Below the pieces are notes generated by a model, which saw only the letters and a list, made by a program, of their open reading frames with translations, had not been told where the DNA came from and made no database searches. A stretch of DNA of 64,000 bases from NCBI GenBank assembly GCA_964396005.1, contig CAYNCT010000002.1, positions 948 to 64,947 of the forward strand. The letters run 5' to 3'. The stretch's first letter is position 1; every line of letters begins with the position of its first letter. Position numbers and translations under genes: made by a program. Positions 40,130 through 50,562 of this stretch are shown piece after piece. The DNA comes from an uncultured Verrucomicrobiota bacterium. Its GTDB lineage: Bacteria; Verrucomicrobiota; Verrucomicrobiia; Limisphaerales; J093.

Positions 40130-40374
40130 GTCGGGGTGCCTAACGGGCAACAACGACTCTTGGCGCAACCTCCCGTTCACGCCAACCGATCAACCCCGCC
40201 CGGGTAACCATCTTTTTTTGGCGCAAATCGGCGTGCGTCCAGCGCGGCGCGCGACCTTGACGCGCCGGGGCCCAGACCGGAAAGTGCCGCCGGTCTTGGC
40301 GGCCACCGGACCCTGCGTGGCAAACAGCGGTGGCCGATTGCGCTCGCCGTTGCGCCAAGGATATCGGGACGCGC

Positions 40375-41988
40375 ATGAATACAAGGAAAGCGGCTGGCAT
40401 TCTCCTCGGTCTGGCAGGTTTCTGTCTTCCCTGGCTGGTAACGTTCCCGGGACTGAGTTTTCCCGGCCACGTCACGTTGGGGGTCTTTCTGCTGGCGGCG
40501 GCATTCTGGCTCACCGAACCTGTCCCCATCTACACCACCTCGATGCTCGTGATCTTTCTCGAGGTGTTGCTGCTTAGTGCGGAGGGGCCGTTGTGCCAGT
40601 TCGCCCGGCCGCCGGTGGCGCAGCCGGAAGTGGCCGCCGCGGCGCAAACCTTCCGGGTCCCGGTGGGCGCCGTGACCCCGGCGGGGGAGGTCTTCGTAGC
40701 CCGGTCCACCGGAACGTTCGACAAGCTGAAGGTGGAGGTCGTGGATCGGCGGGCGGACAGCGCCGAGGTGCGGTCGCCGGCGCTGTCGGCGACGACGCCG
40801 GTCCTGACCCGGGCGGATCACTGGCTGGCCCGCTACGCGCCGGCATCGTATCGGACCTTCTTCGCCGCCCTGGCGGACCCGATCATCATCCTGTTCCTCG
40901 GCGGGTGCCTGTTGGCCGATGCGTCGGTCAAGTATCGGCTCGACCGGGCGTTGACGCGGCTGTTTCTGCGGCCTTTGGGGACCAACCCGAAACTCATCGT
41001 CCTGGGGCTGCTGGTGGCCACCGGCACGTTGTCAGCGTTCATGAGCAACACCGCCACCACGGCGATGATGATGACGGTGGTGTTGCCGCTGCTGGCCGGG
41101 CTGGAGGCGGACGATCCGCTCAAGGTGGCCGTGGTGCTGGCCATTCCGATTGGGGCGAACATCGGGGGCATCGCGACGCCCATTGGCACGCCGCCCAACG
41201 CCATCGCCCTCGCCGCGCTGACCAAGCAGGGCCTGAGCGTGCCGTTCGTGAAGTGGGTGTTGATGGCGCTGCCCATCGTGGCGGTGACGCTGGTGTTGAG
41301 CTGGCTGGTGCTGCTCAAGCTGTTTCGGCCGCGCACGCGGGAACTGCGGATCGAGCTGGGCGGCGCCTTTGACCGCTCGGCGAAGGCGTGGGGACTCTAC
41401 GTCGTCTTTGGCCTGACGGCCGTGCTGTGGTTCACCGAGAATCAACATGGCATCAGCAGCAACATCATCGCCTTCCTCCCGGTGGTGGCGCTGCCCATGT
41501 TCGGGATTGTCGGCAAGAAGGAGATCCACGCGCTGCCGTGGGACGTGTTTTGGTTGATGGCCGGCGGGATTTCCCTCGGCACCGCCATCAAGACCACCGG
41601 GCTGGCGGAGTGGATGGTGGGCCGGGTCGAGTGGGGCGCCCTGGGCGGCTTCGCGATCATGGCCGGGCTGGCGCTGCTCTCGTTCCTGCTGGCCAACTTC
41701 CTCTCGCACACGGTCACCGTGACGTTGCTCGCGCCCATCGCCGTGAGCGTGGGGGCGGTGGCAGGGGCAACCTCGGGATTCGATCTGACGACCGCGCTGG
41801 TGGCTGTGGCCGTGGCGTCCAGCTACGGCATGACCCTGCCGATTTCGACGCCGCCCAACGCCATCGCCATGGGGTCGGGGGTGATCCAGACCCAGCATTT
41901 GGTCAAGGCCGGCGGTCTGATCGGGCTGTTGGGCATGGCGCTGGTGCTGGTGATGACACGTTTCCTCTGGCCGTGGTTCGCCCGCTGA
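40375..41988 (+). CDS. DASS/SLC13 family anion:sodium symporter-like permease
   Basis: Many TM segments. Contains AFWLTEPVPIYTTSML, SAFMSNTATTAMM, GGIATPIGTPPNAIA and a second repeat LPISTPPNAIA. There is a hydrophilic insert of about 95 aa after the first two helices. Confidence 0.85.
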   Translation: MNTRKAAGILLGLAGFCLPWLVTFPGLSFPGHVTLGVFLLAAAFWLTEPVPIYTTSMLVIFLEVLLLSAEGPLCQFARPPVAQPEVAAAAQTFRVPVGAVTPAGEVFVARSTGTFDKLKVEVVDRRADSAEVRSPALSATTPVLTRADHWLARYAPASYRTFFAALADPIIILFLGGCLLADASVKYRLDRALTRLFLRPLGTNPKLIVLGLLVATGTLSAFMSNTATTAMMMTVVLPLLAGLEADDPLKVAVVLAIPIGANIGGIATPIGTPPNAIALAALTKQGLSVPFVKWVLMALPIVAVTLVLSWLVLLKLFRPRTRELRIELGGAFDRSAKAWGLYVVFGLTAVLWFTENQHGISSNIIAFLPVVALPMFGIVGKKEIHALPWDVFWLMAGGISLGTAIKTTGLAEWMVGRVEWGALGGFAIMAGLALLSFLLANFLSHTVTVTLLAPIAVSVGAVAGATSGFDLTTALVAVAVASSYGMTLPISTPPNAIAMGSGVIQTQHLVKAGGLIGLLGMALVLVMTRFLWPWFAR

Positions 41989-42008
41989 GTCACTCTCGTG
42001 AAAATCCG

Positions 42009-42503
42009 ATGAAGCCCATTTTCATCCTGTGCATCGAAGACGAGCCGGAGGTGCTCGAGGCCGTGCTGCGCGACCTGGCGCCGTTTGAGGCGCGCTTCCC
42101 CATCGAGTCCGCGGCCAGCGTCCCGGAGGCCCGCCAGGTGGTGCAGGATATTCTCAAGCGCGGCCGGCTGGGGCTGGTGGTGTGCGATCATATCCTGCCC
42201 GGAGAAGACGGCGTCTCGTTCCTGGTGTCGCTGCACCACGACCCCCGGACCGCGGGCGCGCGCAAAGTGCTGTTGACCGCCCAAGCCGGTCTGGCCGACA
42301 CGGTGAAAGCCGTGAATCAGGCGGACTTGAACCATTACGTGGCGAAACCCTGGCGGCGGGAAGAACTCCACGCGGTGGTGCGGCAGCTACTCACCGAGTT
42401 CGTGCTGCAGCACGAAACCGATCTCTACCCCTATCTGACGGTGCTGGATGCGGCGCGGCTGGGCGAACGCATCCGGCAGAACCCGCTGCCCGCCGACGAA
42501 TAG
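42009..42503 (+). CDS. Stand-alone response regulator receiver protein
   Basis: Contains ILCIEDEPEV, the phospho-acceptor context LVVCDHILPG, LLTAQA and YVAKPW. 164 aa with a ~40 aa C-terminal tail and no output domain. Confidence 0.85.
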   Translation: MKPIFILCIEDEPEVLEAVLRDLAPFEARFPIESAASVPEARQVVQDILKRGRLGLVVCDHILPGEDGVSFLVSLHHDPRTAGARKVLLTAQAGLADTVKAVNQADLNHYVAKPWRREELHAVVRQLLTEFVLQHETDLYPYLTVLDAARLGERIRQNPLPADE

Positions 42504-42546
42504 CGCGCCGGGGTCCGCTCGGCGCGCGCCCGCCGCCCTCCTTCCC

Positions 42547-44001
42547 GTGGTCACGATTCCCATTCGTCCGCTGGAGAAGATCCGCGACGCGCTGGCTTCG
42601 ATGCCCGAAACGGAGAGCGAGGATGTCGCCTTTGCCGCAGGCGAGATCCTCATGCGGGAAGGGGACAAGCACGAGCGCATCTCGCTGGTCATTCAGGGCG
42701 AGATCGAACTGACCAAGCAGTCGGCGGACGGCGGCGAATACGCGGTCGGCACGTTGCGTCCCGGCCAGTTTCTCGGCGTGTTGCTGCTGAGTTCCGGCGG
42801 CACCTCCTTCCTGACCGCGCGCGCGCGCACCTCGGGGCGCCTGTTGCGCATGCCGCGCGACACGTTCCTGCTGCTGCTCTACAACCTGCCGGGGTTCAAT
42901 CAAATGGTCGGCCCACTGCTGTTGGGCAACCTGGTCAGCCGGTACCGCCGCGTGGTCGAATTGCATGTGAAGGTGGCCGAGTTGACCGATGCCCTCGCCG
43001 CGGAGAAACGGCAATTGCAGGCGACGATCGAACAGCTCGAAGCCACGCGCAATCAGCTCATTCAACAGGAGAAGATGGCCACGCTCGGGCAGCTCGTGGC
43101 CGGGATCGCCCACGAAATTAACAACCCCATCGCCTCCCTCTCCCGGGCGGCGGATTCGATGGCCCCCGCGCTGCGCAACTGGCTGGCAGCCCCGCCGCCG
43201 GCCGGGGATGGCGAATTGCTCGCCAAGGCGCTGGAGGAGGGCCTCAACCGGCAACCGCTGCAAACCGAGGTCCAGCGACGACGCCTGGCCGAACTGACCA
43301 CGCGCTTTCCTGACCTGCCCCGCCCGCTGCTGCGTTCGCTGGCGCAGATCGAGCCGGCCGTGTTTGAAGATTTGGTTTTTTACGTGGTCGCGCATCCGAC
43401 CGTGGAGCGCCGGGAATTGGTGCGCCGGTGGGTCGAGGTCTTCGAGTTGGGAACGCTCGTCCGCACCGTGCGCCTGGCCGCCGCCCGCATCGGCGGCATT
43501 GTTCGCAGCCTGAAAGGCTACAGCCGGCAGGACAAGGCGGTCGTGGACGAGGTGGACCTCCGCGAGGGCTTGCGTGACACGCTGGTGCTGCTGGGTTACG
43601 CGCTCAAGAAGTACGTGGTTCACGTGGACCTCCCGGCGCTACCGCCCGTGCGCTGCCGGCCGAGCGAGTTGAACCAGGTTTGGACCAACCTCATCACCAA
43701 CGCCTGCCAGGCCATGGGTGACACCGGGAGCCTGCGGGTCGCCTGCGGGGTGGGCGCTCCGGGATGGGTCTGGGTGCGCGTTCAGGACTCCGGCCCCGGG
43801 GTGCCGCCGGAATTGCGCGAGCAAATCTTCGAGAGCGGCTTCTCCACCAAACGGCCGGCCCAGCCGGAGGCGGCGGGGCTTGGGTTGGGGCTGGCCATCG
43901 CCCGTGAAATCGTCGAGCACCACGGCGGTCGCATCGAGGTGAGCGACGCCCCCGGAGGCGGAGCCGTCTTCACCGTCCACCTGCCCACCGCCGGTCAGTA
44001 A
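42547..44001 (+). CDS. Sensor histidine kinase with an N-terminal cyclic-nucleotide-binding-like domain
   Basis: cNMP-like fold (FAAGEILMREGDKHERISLVIQGEIEL...GQFLG). HisKA (LVAGIAHEINNPIASL). HATPase (NLITNACQAM, DSGPGVP, GLGLGLAIAREIV). A GTG start at 42547 is inferred. Confidence 0.85.
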   Translation: MVTIPIRPLEKIRDALASMPETESEDVAFAAGEILMREGDKHERISLVIQGEIELTKQSADGGEYAVGTLRPGQFLGVLLLSSGGTSFLTARARTSGRLLRMPRDTFLLLLYNLPGFNQMVGPLLLGNLVSRYRRVVELHVKVAELTDALAAEKRQLQATIEQLEATRNQLIQQEKMATLGQLVAGIAHEINNPIASLSRAADSMAPALRNWLAAPPPAGDGELLAKALEEGLNRQPLQTEVQRRRLAELTTRFPDLPRPLLRSLAQIEPAVFEDLVFYVVAHPTVERRELVRRWVEVFELGTLVRTVRLAAARIGGIVRSLKGYSRQDKAVVDEVDLREGLRDTLVLLGYALKKYVVHVDLPALPPVRCRPSELNQVWTNLITNACQAMGDTGSLRVACGVGAPGWVWVRVQDSGPGVPPELREQIFESGFSTKRPAQPEAAGLGLGLAIAREIVEHHGGRIEVSDAPGGGAVFTVHLPTAGQ

Positions 44002-45260
44002 GTCAACTTGACGCCCACGCCGGCCACGCGCCGGTCGTATTCGCGGGCCGGCGTGCCGGGCTCCAGGTTGTCGGCCCATTCCCAGGCAAACCAGGTCTCC
44101 GCCGAACAATGCGGGTTGAAGGCGTACTCGAGGCGGGCGTCGGTCTTGAACACCCGATCCCATGTCTTGAGCCCGCGGATCATGTTGTACTCCTGAATCT
44201 CGCAGCCCAGCGCCGTCTTGAGCCGCGAGGACAAACGATGCTCGAGGCCGACCGTCAGCCCGAAGTTTTGAAAGCCCGCCCGCCCGGCCGTTGAAGGGAG
44301 AAACTGGAGAAACGACTGCCCGCGAAACTGCGTGTTGGTGGCCAGCCGGGCGGTCAGGTTCACCGAGTAGTAGAGCAGCGTGGCCTCCGGTGCCGTGTTC
44401 GGCGCGATGGAGGACGGATTGAACTGGTGAAAACTCGGGCCAACCTCGCCGCTGAGTTTGACCCCGGGCAGCAAGGTCGCCGACAGGATGCCTACCACCC
44501 GGTGGTAATCGTTCTGATAGGTGTAGGGTTCGGCGTAGGGATGCTGTTCCTGGTCCTGGTGACCAAAGCGGTAGCCCACGCCTCCCTCCCATCCGGGCGC
44601 CAGTTTGAGCCCCCACTCCGGTCCGCCCACCACATCCGTGCGATCCATGTAGTTTTGATACACCGCGCCCGGCACCACGCGGCTGGCCGTCATGATGTCC
44701 CAAATTCGGGCATTGAAGACGCCCCGGGCGAACCACCGCGCGTGGTCATAGCGGGCCTCCAGCGGCGACTGCCAGTAGAAGTTCCGCCGGCGGTAACGCA
44801 CCTCGGGAGCCCCCAGCGCGGGAATGGCCCCCGGATCCGCCAGAGTTCCCCAAATCGGGCCCTCGGGACTGCCGTCGGTGAATTGAGCCCGGACCTGCGC
44901 TGACGCCCGCACCCGGGCGTTTTTGCCCTCCAACCGCAGCACTCCGGTGTGCCGCAGGTAAGACTCCTCATCCTGTTCGTGGAAAAACGTGTAGTCCCCG
45001 AGATATTGCACACTGGCGGTTCCTGGCCAGTCGCCTTTCCACGGCACGCTGGCCCCCACGACCGGTTGGATCGCCGTGACCCAGGACTCGATGTGATCCA
45101 CGGCCCCGCGGTCCTGCAGCATGACATTACTGTCAAAGCGCTCACTGATGTTCACCGACAGCGTGGGGCAAAGGGCTGCCGGCTTGGCGAGCGGCGAACT
45201 GTCTCCGGCCAATCCGTTCAGGCAGACGCCCATCACCAGCAGGTTCCAAATGGTCTTCAT
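43995..45260 (-). CDS. Putative outer-membrane beta-barrel protein
   Basis: Signal peptide (MKTIWNLLVMGVCLNGLAG), alternating-hydrophobicity strands, and a C-terminal aromatic residue (GVGVKLTY). Its 3' end overlaps the kinase gene by 7 nt. Confidence 0.5.
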   Translation of the reverse strand: MKTIWNLLVMGVCLNGLAGDSSPLAKPAALCPTLSVNISERFDSNVMLQDRGAVDHIESWVTAIQPVVGASVPWKGDWPGTASVQYLGDYTFFHEQDEESYLRHTGVLRLEGKNARVRASAQVRAQFTDGSPEGPIWGTLADPGAIPALGAPEVRYRRRNFYWQSPLEARYDHARWFARGVFNARIWDIMTASRVVPGAVYQNYMDRTDVVGGPEWGLKLAPGWEGGVGYRFGHQDQEQHPYAEPYTYQNDYHRVVGILSATLLPGVKLSGEVGPSFHQFNPSSIAPNTAPEATLLYYSVNLTARLATNTQFRGQSFLQFLPSTAGRAGFQNFGLTVGLEHRLSSRLKTALGCEIQEYNMIRGLKTWDRVFKTDARLEYAFNPHCSAETWFAWEWADNLEPGTPAREYDRRVAGVGVKLTY

Positions 45261-45452
45261 CGTGGCGTACCGGGTCCCCGGGGCATGGCGTACCGGGTGC
45301 GGAAAGTGTACCGGAGGGTCCCCCCTTGGAACCGAAGGCGGCGGCAGCCTACCGATTCGTTTCCGAGAGGGCAACCCCCGCCCAACACCAGCGATTTGCC
45401 GCCCGCCCTATCGCGCCGGCGCAAAACTCAGGGTGTGCTTAGCCCGGAGATT

Positions 45453-45572
45453 TCACACCTCGCAGGCAACGCCGACAGACGGGACCGCCGACATCTTGTC
45501 GGCGTGGCGCGCGCGACCGTCGAAAGCCGGCAAGCTGCCGGCGCTCCGGCGTGGTGGGCGTGAACCATGCAG
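45453..45572 (+). repeat. Intergenic repeat module C, copy 2
   Basis: Aligns with 12387..12501. It contains the hairpins gccgaca-tct-tgtcggc and ccggcaagctgccgg. It lies in a divergent intergenic region. Confidence 0.75.
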
Positions 45573-45664
45573 GCCAAAGCCTGTCCAGCCCGGGCGGCCG
45601 CGGTCGTCACCTAGCCCCGGGGGGGGCTTGATTTGATCCGATCGCGCTTCACGTTGCGGGACGC

Positions 45665-46411
45665 GTGAGCACCGCCTCCGATGCCATCCAACTCTCGGTT
45701 CTGATCCCCGCCTTCAACGAGGAGAAGCTGCTCGGCCGCTGCCTGGCGTCCGTAGCGGAGGCGTCCACCGCCTGGCGGGAGCGCGGCTGGCGGCACGAGG
45801 TCATCGTCTGCGACAACAATTCGACCGACGCGACCGCGGACATTGCGCGCGCGCACGGCGCGCTCGTCGTGGCCGAGCCGGTCAACCAGATCGGGCGCGC
45901 TCGCAATCGCGCGGCCGCGGCTGCGCGGGGCAGGTGGCTGTTGTTTCTGGATGCCGATTCCTTCCCGACAACGGGGCTGTTTGCCGAGCTGGCCGACGCG
46001 CTGGCTGCTGGCGACTGTGTCGGCGGCGGAGCCAATGTGGAGCTGGAGAATTACGCCGGCCGCGGCCGCCACCTGGCGGCGCTGTGGAATCGGCTCAGCC
46101 GCTGGACCGGTTGGGCGCCGGGCGGGTTTATATTCTGCGAGGCGGCGGCTTTTCGCCGGCTCGGGGGCTTCAGTCTCGACCTGTACGTTTCGGAAGAAAT
46201 CGAGTTCAGCCGGCGGCTCAAGCGGCTGGCGCGCGCGCACGGGCGGCGGGTGGTCATCCTGCGCCGTCACCGCCTGCTGACCTCGCCGCGCAAGTTGAGC
46301 CTCTACTCGCCGGCCGAGTTCCGGCGGTTCGTGCTGCGCTCGGTCTTCTCCGCCGGACACACTCACCGGCGGCGGGAAGATTGCGCGATCTGGTACGACG
46401 GCCGGCGCTGA
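45665..46411 (+). CDS. Glycosyltransferase family 2 protein
   Basis: Contains LSVLIPAFNEEKLLGRCL, VCDNNSTDATADIA and LFLDADS. GTG start. Confidence 0.85.
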   Translation: MSTASDAIQLSVLIPAFNEEKLLGRCLASVAEASTAWRERGWRHEVIVCDNNSTDATADIARAHGALVVAEPVNQIGRARNRAAAAARGRWLLFLDADSFPTTGLFAELADALAAGDCVGGGANVELENYAGRGRHLAALWNRLSRWTGWAPGGFIFCEAAAFRRLGGFSLDLYVSEEIEFSRRLKRLARAHGRRVVILRRHRLLTSPRKLSLYSPAEFRRFVLRSVFSAGHTHRRREDCAIWYDGRR

Positions 46412-46478
46412 ACCGCCGACCAGGCCGGGCAGTTCCCCGTTGACGCCCCGGCGCGCGCCCCAACATCCTCGTTTCGCC

Positions 46479-48047
46479 ATGCCAACCGTCCAACGCGCGC
46501 TGCTCTCGGTGTTCGACAAGACCGGCCTCGTGCCCTTCGCCCAAGCCCTGGCTTCGCGGGGCATTGAGCTGCTCTCCACCGGCGGCACGGCGCGTGTGCT
46601 GCGCGAAGCCGGACTGGCGGTGATCGAGCTCGGCGATTTCACGGGTTTTCCGGAGATGTTGGATGGCCGGGTGAAGACCCTGCATCCCAAGGTGCATGGC
46701 GGGTTGCTGTACCTCCGCGGGAACGCCCAGCACGAGGCGGCCGTGGCGCGGCACGGCCTCCGGCCGATTGATCTGGTGGTGGTCAATCTGTATCCGTTCG
46801 AAGCCACGGTGGCCAAACCCGGCGTGGAGTTGCACGAGGTCATTGAGAACATTGACATCGGCGGGCCCGCCATGCTCCGCAGCGCCGCCAAGAATCACGA
46901 GTTCGTCACGGTCGTCTCCGATCCCGCCGACTACGCGGAAGTTGCGGACCAACTGCTGGCCGCCGGCGAAACCACGCTCGCGCTGCGCCGCCGGCTCGCC
47001 GCCAAGGTGTACGCCCGGACCGCGGCCTACGATGCCGCCATCGCCGCCCACCTGCCCCGCTTCTTCTCGGCCGCGGAAGGACGTTCGGGACCCGAGCCGA
47101 CGCCGCCTTCCGCACTGACCCTCCAGGTCCCGCTCGTGCAACGCCTGCGCTACGGCGAGAATCCCCACCAGGCGGCGGCGCTCTACGGGCGCTTCGACGA
47201 GTATTTCCGTCAGCGCCAGGGCAAGGCTCTGTCCTACAACAACATTCTGGATCTCACCGCCGCGACGGCGCTGATCACCGAGTTCGCTCACGATCCACCG
47301 ACGCTTGCCATCCTCAAGCACACCAATCCCTGCGGCGTCGGTCAGGGTGCCAGCCTGCGCGAAGCGTGGGACAAGGCCTTCGCCACGGACCGGCAGGCGC
47401 CGTTCGGCGGCATCATCGCCGTCAACCAGCCGCTCGATGCCGCCTGCGCGGAGGCCATCGCCGAGATCTTCAGTGAGGTCATCGTCGCGCCGGCCTACGA
47501 GCCCGGGGCGCTGACGGTGTTGGCAGCGAAGAAGAACTTGCGCTTGATCGAGGTCCTCAAATGCCCGGCGTCCGCGGCGGCCTGGGACCTCCGCAGCTTG
47601 GGCGCGGATGCGTTTCTCTGGCAGGAGCGCGATCTCAAGACGGTCACCGCCGCCGAACTGCAGATCGTCACCCGACGCCGCCCGACGGAAACCGAGTTGC
47701 GGGCGATGTTGTTCGGCTGGCGCGTGGTCAAGCACGTCAAGTCTAACGCCATCGTTTATGCGGCGGCGGACCGCACGCTGGGCGTGGGCGCCGGGCAGAT
47801 GAGCCGCGTGGACGCCAGTCGCATCGCCGTTTGGAAGGCGGGCGAAGCCGGCCTCTCCCTCCGCGGCAGCGCGGTGTGCAGCGATGCCTTCTTTCCCTTT
47901 CCGGACGGACTTATCGCGGCGGCCGAGGCCGGCGCCACAGCGGCCATTCAGCCCGGCGGTTCGGTGCGCGATGCCGACGTTATCGCCGCCGCCAACGAGC
48001 GCGGGGTGGCCATGGCCTTTACCGGCATCCGGCATTTCCGCCACTGA
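46479..48047 (+). CDS. purH: Bifunctional AICAR transformylase / IMP cyclohydrolase
   Basis: Contains [52 protein letters not shown] and a C-terminal ...GIRHFRH. Confidence 0.95.
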   Translation: MPTVQRALLSVFDKTGLVPFAQALASRGIELLSTGGTARVLREAGLAVIELGDFTGFPEMLDGRVKTLHPKVHGGLLYLRGNAQHEAAVARHGLRPIDLVVVNLYPFEATVAKPGVELHEVIENIDIGGPAMLRSAAKNHEFVTVVSDPADYAEVADQLLAAGETTLALRRRLAAKVYARTAAYDAAIAAHLPRFFSAAEGRSGPEPTPPSALTLQVPLVQRLRYGENPHQAAALYGRFDEYFRQRQGKALSYNNILDLTAATALITEFAHDPPTLAILKHTNPCGVGQGASLREAWDKAFATDRQAPFGGIIAVNQPLDAACAEAIAEIFSEVIVAPAYEPGALTVLAAKKNLRLIEVLKCPASAAAWDLRSLGADAFLWQERDLKTVTAAELQIVTRRRPTETELRAMLFGWRVVKHVKSNAIVYAAADRTLGVGAGQMSRVDASRIAVWKAGEAGLSLRGSAVCSDAFFPFPDGLIAAAEAGATAAIQPGGSVRDADVIAAANERGVAMAFTGIRHFRH

Positions 48048-48081
48048 GGACCCGCCGCTCACGTGTCGAGCAGAGGCGGTC

Positions 48082-48672
48082 TTACGGAGCCCGGAGCACT
48101 TGATGAACCAGCCGCCTCACCGCCGGGACGACGTCGCGCTCGACCCACGGATGCCGTCGCAGCCACAGCGCGTTCCGCGGGCTGGGATGCGGCAGGGGCA
48201 CCCACTCCGGCAAATACTCGCGCCACGCAAGCACCGTTGCCGCGAGCGTCTCGCGGCGGCGCGCCCCGAGGTAGTACACCTGCGCGTGCTGGCCGACGAG
48301 GAGGGTCAGGCGCACGCGCGGCAGCAGCGCGCGCAAGCGCGGATGCCACCGCGGCGCGCACTCGGGACGCGGGGGCAGGTCCCCGCGGTCACCCTTTCCG
48401 GGGTAGCACAAGCCGGTGGGGATAATGGCAATCTGCGCCTCGTCATAAAACGCCTCGCGCGTGAGTCCCAGCCACGTTCGCAGGCGATCTCCGGACGGAT
48501 CGTTCCACGGAACGCCGGTCTGGTGGACGCGCCGCCCCGGCGCCTGGCCAACGATCAGCAGTCGCGCGCTGGCACTGGCGCGCAACACCGGCCGCGGCGG
48601 CAGCGGCAGGTGTGCCGCGCAAACGGTGCAGGCGCGAACTTCGGCGAGCAGACGGGACAGTCGGTCGGGCAT
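48082..48672 (-). CDS. Uracil-DNA glycosylase superfamily protein
   Basis: Contains C.VC, LLIVGQAPG and PWNDPSGDRLRTWLG. 196 aa from the ATG at 48672. Confidence 0.8.
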   Translation of the reverse strand: MPDRLSRLLAEVRACTVCAAHLPLPPRPVLRASASARLLIVGQAPGRRVHQTGVPWNDPSGDRLRTWLGLTREAFYDEAQIAIIPTGLCYPGKGDRGDLPPRPECAPRWHPRLRALLPRVRLTLLVGQHAQVYYLGARRRETLAATVLAWREYLPEWVPLPHPSPRNALWLRRHPWVERDVVPAVRRLVHQVLRAP

Positions 48673-48888
48673 CGGCGGCGAGCCTAAGCGAGTCCGGCCC
48701 TCCGGGAAAGGCGGGCTTCGGGGCCACCCCGGCGGGCGGCGTGCAAAAGTTGGCTGCTGGATTGCGAGGGAATGGCCGAGGGAGTGATCAAGCCACCGGG
48801 GTCGGGGCGCGAGCGCTCGCAGCGCCCGCGAAGAACGGTTGACGTCCTCTGCCCGGTGCGCCCAAGCTGATCCCATATTCGCCACCTC

Positions 48889-49728
48889 ATGAAAACTTCT
48901 TTGCCGCGTGCGGAATGGCCCGTTCCCGGCCTGCGAGCGCGTCGGGGCTTCACGCTCATCGAATTACTGGTGGTCATTGCGATCATCGCCATCCTTGCTG
49001 GGATGCTGCTGCCTGCCCTCGCGCGCGCGAAGGGTAAGGCGCACCAGACCGCCTGCCTGAACAACATGCGCCAGATCGGTATCGGCACCGTGATGTACCT
49101 CCAGGAATACGGGAAATACCCCGGGTGCCTGTTCGCGGGTGGCGGCTTCCGCTATGTCTGGCCGGTCCGGTTGCTGGGGCAGATCGGCACCAACCGAGAG
49201 GTCTTCTGGTGTCCCGCCGCGCGACCCGACAGCAGTTGGCGCACGAACGTAAACCGCACCCTCGGCGCACCCTACATGCACGGCCCGGGCCGCGATCCGT
49301 GGGGCATTTCCGAGACCGCCCTCTTCTCGCTCGGTTACAACGACTGGGGCGCCTCACCGGCTTTCTCGGACAAGGGGCTGGGCGGCGACGTGGACAATCC
49401 GCAGTGGGAGGTCAAGGAGTCCGCGGTGGTCGCCCCCAGCGACATGATCATGCTGGCCGACAGCAAGCCGGGCGACGGCACGTCCGCCAAGCCCGCCCGC
49501 GGCCTCTTCGACGGCAACATTGACCCCACCACCCCCGCCGAGTGGCCGTCGAACCGGCACAACCGCCGCACGGTCCTCATGTTCTGCGACGGCCACGCCG
49601 AGGCGGCCATCCGCAATGACGTGATCAATCCCAAGAACGACCGCTGGCATCGCCGTTGGAACAACGATAATTCCCTGTTCGGAAACTGGACCGTGGACGC
49701 GCGCGAAGCGGCCAAGTTGGACCCGTGA
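48889..49728 (+). CDS. Prepilin-type N-terminal cleavage/methylation domain protein (DUF1559-like)
   Basis: Contains [29 protein letters not shown] and the C-terminal FCDGHAE. Confidence 0.85.
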   Translation: MKTSLPRAEWPVPGLRARRGFTLIELLVVIAIIAILAGMLLPALARAKGKAHQTACLNNMRQIGIGTVMYLQEYGKYPGCLFAGGGFRYVWPVRLLGQIGTNREVFWCPAARPDSSWRTNVNRTLGAPYMHGPGRDPWGISETALFSLGYNDWGASPAFSDKGLGGDVDNPQWEVKESAVVAPSDMIMLADSKPGDGTSAKPARGLFDGNIDPTTPAEWPSNRHNRRTVLMFCDGHAEAAIRNDVINPKNDRWHRRWNNDNSLFGNWTVDAREAAKLDP

Positions 49729-49841
49729 CCCCCCGAGCCGCGACGGCCCAATCGTGCAGCGTCGCGGAAAACTCCCCGGCCCGCCGTCGTCAGAGTCTCG
49801 CCGCACCTCGCCCCAACTGGCAGCGAAGCGCCTGCGTCCGG

Positions 49842-50231
49842 TCAAGTTGCGGCGGGCGCTGCCCTGCGGCCGTGGAGCGCCTGCCATCGGCTGGCGAGCA
49901 CCAGCAAAGCAGGAATCGCGGTCACCCCGAAGAACACCGCGAACTTCGGCCCGCCCACCACCACGAAGAAACCAAAGGCGGCCAAAAGGAGCAGCCCACT
50001 CCCGACGACCTCCCATCGCCAGAGGGCCACCAGACCGACGAGCATCAGCAGGTGTAACGCCTGGGTCGCCCATACAAACCAGGGGGGTGTCTGGGGCAGC
50101 GGTTTCACAAACCATTCGATCGTGTGCTCCACGAAGAAGCTTCCCCAGAGCAGGAACAAGAGGGCCGCGAGGATCCGTCCGGACCACCGCAGCGCGACGA
50201 CGGTTTTCGATTCAACAACGGGAGGTTTCAT
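49842..50231 (-). CDS. Small integral membrane protein, hypothetical
   Basis: 129 aa with four hydrophobic segments. No motif recognised. Confidence 0.45.
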   Translation of the reverse strand: MKPPVVESKTVVALRWSGRILAALLFLLWGSFFVEHTIEWFVKPLPQTPPWFVWATQALHLLMLVGLVALWRWEVVGSGLLLLAAFGFFVVVGGPKFAVFFGVTAIPALLVLASRWQALHGRRAAPAAT

Positions 50232-50562
50232 GGATGTCTGGTAGTTGTTCCGGGAGGAACCGCGCCCTCGGCAGCGTCCGTTAATTTCGGATCGCGCCGG
50301 GCGTCGGTCGCCCGCGGCGACGGACAGATACCTCCATGTCGGGCCGGAGCGTTAATCGAAAAACCCGCCGCAAACATCCGGCCGGTCAATGGCCGACCCA
50401 CGTGCGCCCCCTCACCGGTCGCTCAATCTGGCTTTCCCTTTGGCCCCAGGGGCGCGCCGCGCCCGGAACGCCAGCGGGATCCCGTTGGTCAAACCGAGTG
50501 GTTCTGGCAGCCAACCGTCGGGGGCGCGCTTGGTCTCCATCCGCCCTCAGTCTGGCTCCGAC

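Noticed and set aside
45615-45626. A homopolymer tract (ccccgggggggg; G8 at 45619..45626) ~40 nt upstream of the glycosyltransferase gene, considered as a phase-variation switch. A similar G8 lies at 16845..16852.
   Set aside because: At this GC content, runs of 7-8 G or C are expected several times by chance in 64 kb, and at least two others are visible. There is no evidence of length polymorphism.
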